64,000 nucleotides of DNA from positions 5,899 through 69,898 of the forward strand of contig JANQLS010000062.1 in assembly GCA_028280485.1 (NCBI GenBank), given 5' to 3'. The notes under the pieces were generated by a model. That model worked only from the letters and a program-made list of their open reading frames with translations, was not told the origin of the DNA and searched no databases. Within the stretch, counting starts at the first letter, position 1. Every line of letters starts with the position of its first letter. Positions 60,887 to 64,000 of the stretch are shown here, one piece after another. A program made the translations under genes and the position numbers. The stretch is from Planctomycetota bacterium. GTDB taxonomy: Bacteria; Planctomycetota; UBA8108; JACQVS01.

Positions 60887-61711
60887 TTATAACTCACTTT
60901 TATTTTCTGGTTCTTCCTCATCGAGCACTAAGACTCGGGGAATCATGCTTTTCAAGAATGAGTCTTTGTTTTTATCTCTTAAGAGCCGGAATTGGAATTC
61001 ATTTCTTAAGGCTCGATTCATTCGATTCCGATAAAACCTTCGCGAGCCTAAAAGCGTCAGGGCTTCGAGTTCGGGGATCCCTCCAGCCACCAATTTCAGA
61101 AAAGCTTCTTTCTTCTTGTCCATTAGAGTTTGAAGCTGAAGAAGCTTCGTCGTCTTCTGGCTAGGGCTGATGTTGACGAAATCCGCTTCCAAGATTTTAA
61201 CTCCCCACATGGAGCACATTTCTTGCATTGTTGTGAGCAAGCGGTTGCCCAATTCTTCTCGATCGTTTAGCTCTTCTCGATTGAGAGTTACCATCACTTT
61301 TTGGATCGAGATCGTCAAGGCGTTCTTCATACCTTCGGTCAAGTCATCGATTTGGATCAAAGCCAGCTGGACATCCTCAATACGGTAAACAAGACTCACA
61401 TCCAATTGATAAACGAGCCCATCCCTCGTCACAATTTTTTGCTTCTCTAAGTCTAAAGTTTTTGAGCGAATGGTGACTAAGCGAATCTTCTGAACGAAGG
61501 GGATCATGAAATGAAATCCAGGCTCAACCACTTTCCGAACTCTACCGAAGCTGTACTTCAATCCCCTCTGATCTTCATCTACAGTCTTAGAAATGGCGAA
61601 GATGGTGGCGGCTACGAGGAAATACAGACCATACTTCAGACTGTCTTTGTACTCATCAAAGAGTTTGAGGATGAATTCCCAAATCCAATCGATTATGAGC
61701 AAGAAATCCAT
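60887..61711 (-). CDS. SPFH/band 7 domain protein
   Basis: N-terminal TM, VDEDQRGLKYSFGR...PGFHFMIPF, IVTRDG, LVYRIED, WGVKIL. Confidence 0.9.
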   Translation of the reverse strand: MDFLLIIDWIWEFILKLFDEYKDSLKYGLYFLVAATIFAISKTVDEDQRGLKYSFGRVRKVVEPGFHFMIPFVQKIRLVTIRSKTLDLEKQKIVTRDGLVYQLDVSLVYRIEDVQLALIQIDDLTEGMKNALTISIQKVMVTLNREELNDREELGNRLLTTMQEMCSMWGVKILEADFVNISPSQKTTKLLQLQTLMDKKKEAFLKLVAGGIPELEALTLLGSRRFYRNRMNRALRNEFQFRLLRDKNKDSFLKSMIPRVLVLDEEEPENKSEL

Positions 61712-61716
61712 GGTGA

Positions 61717-62496
61717 TTATTTCTTCTTATCTTCAGATCCAGGCAAATCATCCATGGGGTCATCGAACTCATCTTCGAAGGACTCATCGAGATCTTCGAC
61801 CATCTCATCGAGTGCATCATCAAGCGTTCCTTCTCCGTCCTCGTTCTTTTTAGATTTCACCATTCGACGAGGATGACCCGCCATCGATTGAGGATGAGTG
61901 GCGACCACGGCTCCGGTTAACAGGACGATTGCAGAATCTTCAGAGAGGCCCTCTTCTTTTAAGTGTTCATAGAGATGGAGGCGTTCCTTAGCCAAAAGAT
62001 CGAGCTGAGTGATCTCTAAACTGGCCGGAGTGGGGGAGAGGTTGGAGAAACCAAATTTTAAAATTCGAACTCCCCATTCCGTTTCGATAGACGTTAGTTC
62101 TTCGTGAATGAGTTCGACCATCTGATCCGTATCTTGAATCGTATCTCGATCCCTCGACCTAACGACCCGCTGAATCGACATCACCACGCGGTTCTGTAAT
62201 CCTGTTTCCAGATTATCGATTTCGATCTCAGCCTTTTTCAAATCGACGATTTGATAGAGCACCTTGGCCTCGACTTCGTAGATCAAGTCATCGGCGAGCT
62301 GAATCAATTGAGGTTCCAAGTCTAAGGTCGTGTGCTTCGTGTCCTTGACTCTGAATTTTTGAATGATCGGCCACTTGAAGTGAACTCCGGGCCCCACGAC
62401 ATCTCGAGCTCTTCCCAAGTGAAATTTTAAGGCGTGTTGACCGTCGTACACGACCACAAACATCCCCGTAAAAAACTGAAGTGTCTCTAAAAACAT
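61717..62496 (-). CDS. SPFH/band 7 domain protein with an acidic C-terminal tail
   Basis: VVYDGQHALKFHLGR...PGVHFKWPII, VLYQIVD, WGVRIL. Confidence 0.9.
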   Translation of the reverse strand: MFLETLQFFTGMFVVVYDGQHALKFHLGRARDVVGPGVHFKWPIIQKFRVKDTKHTTLDLEPQLIQLADDLIYEVEAKVLYQIVDLKKAEIEIDNLETGLQNRVVMSIQRVVRSRDRDTIQDTDQMVELIHEELTSIETEWGVRILKFGFSNLSPTPASLEITQLDLLAKERLHLYEHLKEEGLSEDSAIVLLTGAVVATHPQSMAGHPRRMVKSKKNEDGEGTLDDALDEMVEDLDESFEDEFDDPMDDLPGSEDKKK

Positions 62497-62629
62497 TCAA
62501 GGTCCTTATGAAAAAGTAAATTGCGAGTGCATCAATTCAAGCAAAGTCACGACTCCATCTTGCATCAAAAAAATCCTGGTACTCAATAGAAAGTACCAGG
62601 ATTTGAAAGTTTCTTTCGAGATGCAAATC

Positions 62630-64000
62630 TCAGAATTTAAACTGAGCTTCGATACGCCCACCGTTGAGAGTATCGCGACTCTCTTGGGCTCCGACGAATC
62701 CATCGACGATCAAAAGCCAGTGGAAATTACCGTGATGGAAGGCCTTTTGATAGCGCACTCCGAAGGCAGCCGCTCCTGAGCCTCGAACATTTTTAGTTTG
62801 GTCGCGACCACCAAGCTCAAAGATCAATTGACTCTGTTTCTCTTTGTCTAAAAACCATTGGTAACCCAAAGCTGCGCCAACGGCGTTATCTGCATCATTA
62901 CCCAGGGGAGCCCCGTACCTTCCTAAGCCGACCGCAGCAAACAGGATTCCGGTCCGCCCTAGAGGTCCACCCACGGCGTCATCACGGGCGGCTGAGGAGT
63001 ACTCCTCGATGCCTAAGAAAGCGTTGAGATAAAGAATGTTATCCGTGTGGTGGGGCCAGTGGGGAGTGGTTGACACTTGAGCGAAGAACAACGTCCCGAA
63101 TTCGGTTTCATTCCGTTGAGCTCCAATCGGAGACGATAAGTTGATTCTGAAATCGGTATTGAACGCCCCGATGCGTTGAGTCCCTCCGATCCCGGCAAAG
63201 AATCCATCCGCTGTGATATCGCCTTCAGAGATCACGACAGCTGCATCTAAGGTCATCGTCGAAAAGGGGAAGTCGAATTCATTAAAAATACCGAAGAGAT
63301 GAGCCCGAGGATCTCGACTGTTTCTCGTCGGAACACCATTGACTCGCGTTCGTCGACCCACTTCGTTCCAGCCGTAAAATCCCATGATTCTCCAATTGGA
63401 AGCATCCCAGGGGAGGAGGGTGTTCTTAACGATTCCTAAACCATCGAGTCGATCGTTGATCATGATCCCTTCTTGAATCAAGAGGCCTTGTCGACCGATG
63501 CTAAAACCGATGTCGAGAATGTCAAAATCATCCGGATCCAAATTGGGAAAGATCTCACCGATATCCCCTTCGAAGAAAAGGTTACTCACTCGAAGGTTGA
63601 ACTCATCCTGGTAACCATCATCGGTACTGGGATGAAAGTTATACCCGGTGAATTGCCCATCTTTATCGAGGGGGCGAAATCCAAAGAGAATTCTTTCGGT
63701 CCCGGAGAGCTGTAAATTCCCGAATAGGTCCAATCGGTTCGCCCATTCGGAACGGGTCCCCAATCCATTGTCAAAGGATTGAAGTCCAGATCTTAGAGTT
63801 CCGAATGCAAGGAAACTAGGATGCCACACGGCTCCTGTAGGCAATTCGAAGCCCTCATAGTTTTCACCTCTTCCCAAAAACGGGTTTCCCAGTTCTAAGG
63901 TTAAGGGGCGTTCGAAAACGGCATCTTCCTGCATAGGAATGTAGGTATCCGGTACCCGACTCGCACCGTTCTCATCCTTAGCGTCTCCTTCCTTCTTCAC
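62630..64000 (-). CDS. probable outer-membrane beta-barrel protein (5' end outside the window)
   Basis: Open frame to the window edge; alternating aromatic/Gly beta-strand pattern; C-terminal RIEAQFKF ending in Phe, as in BAM substrates. Confidence 0.65.
   Translation of the reverse strand: MKKEGDAKDENGASRVPDTYIPMQEDAVFERPLTLELGNPFLGRGENYEGFELPTGAVWHPSFLAFGTLRSGLQSFDNGLGTRSEWANRLDLFGNLQLSGTERILFGFRPLDKDGQFTGYNFHPSTDDGYQDEFNLRVSNLFFEGDIGEIFPNLDPDDFDILDIGFSIGRQGLLIQEGIMINDRLDGLGIVKNTLLPWDASNWRIMGFYGWNEVGRRTRVNGVPTRNSRDPRAHLFGIFNEFDFPFSTMTLDAAVVISEGDITADGFFAGIGGTQRIGAFNTDFRINLSSPIGAQRNETEFGTLFFAQVSTTPHWPHHTDNILYLNAFLGIEEYSSAARDDAVGGPLGRTGILFAAVGLGRYGAPLGNDADNAVGAALGYQWFLDKEKQSQLIFELGGRDQTKNVRGSGAAAFGVRYQKAFHHGNFHWLLIVDGFVGAQESRDTLNGGRIEAQFKF

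Overview
A 64-kb bacterial chromosomal segment, probably from a member of the Planctomycetota (PVC-type CxxCH heme protein, planctomycete cytochrome-c/WD40 protein, HEAT/VWA proteins; lpxA and an LptF/G permease indicate a diderm LPS envelope). Housekeeping content: hemA-hemC-hemD, hemE-hemL, M42 peptidase, pcm, BioF-like enzyme, aat, MFS transporter, metX, pilin-like gene, lpxA, pcnB-pduO, class II ribonucleotide reductase nrdJ, alpha-2-macroglobulin-pbpC, tRNA-Arg(CCT), an orphan DNA methyltransferase and an SPFH pair. Many intergenic regions carry REP/REPIN-like palindromes of at least three families. The main finding is non-coding. A sigma70-type promoter with two NrdR boxes lies about 2.2 kb upstream of nrdJ. 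The ORF-free sequence between them shows, by eye, nested long-range base pairing (8-9 bp helices joining positions 0.5-1.6 kb apart) and many local hairpins whose G-U pairs favour the + strand. This is a candidate very large structured RNA or 5' leader under NrdR control that I could not assign to a known class. Smaller structured leaders precede the alpha-2-macroglobulin gene, hemE and other genes. All calls come from manual reading; no searches or folding programs were run.
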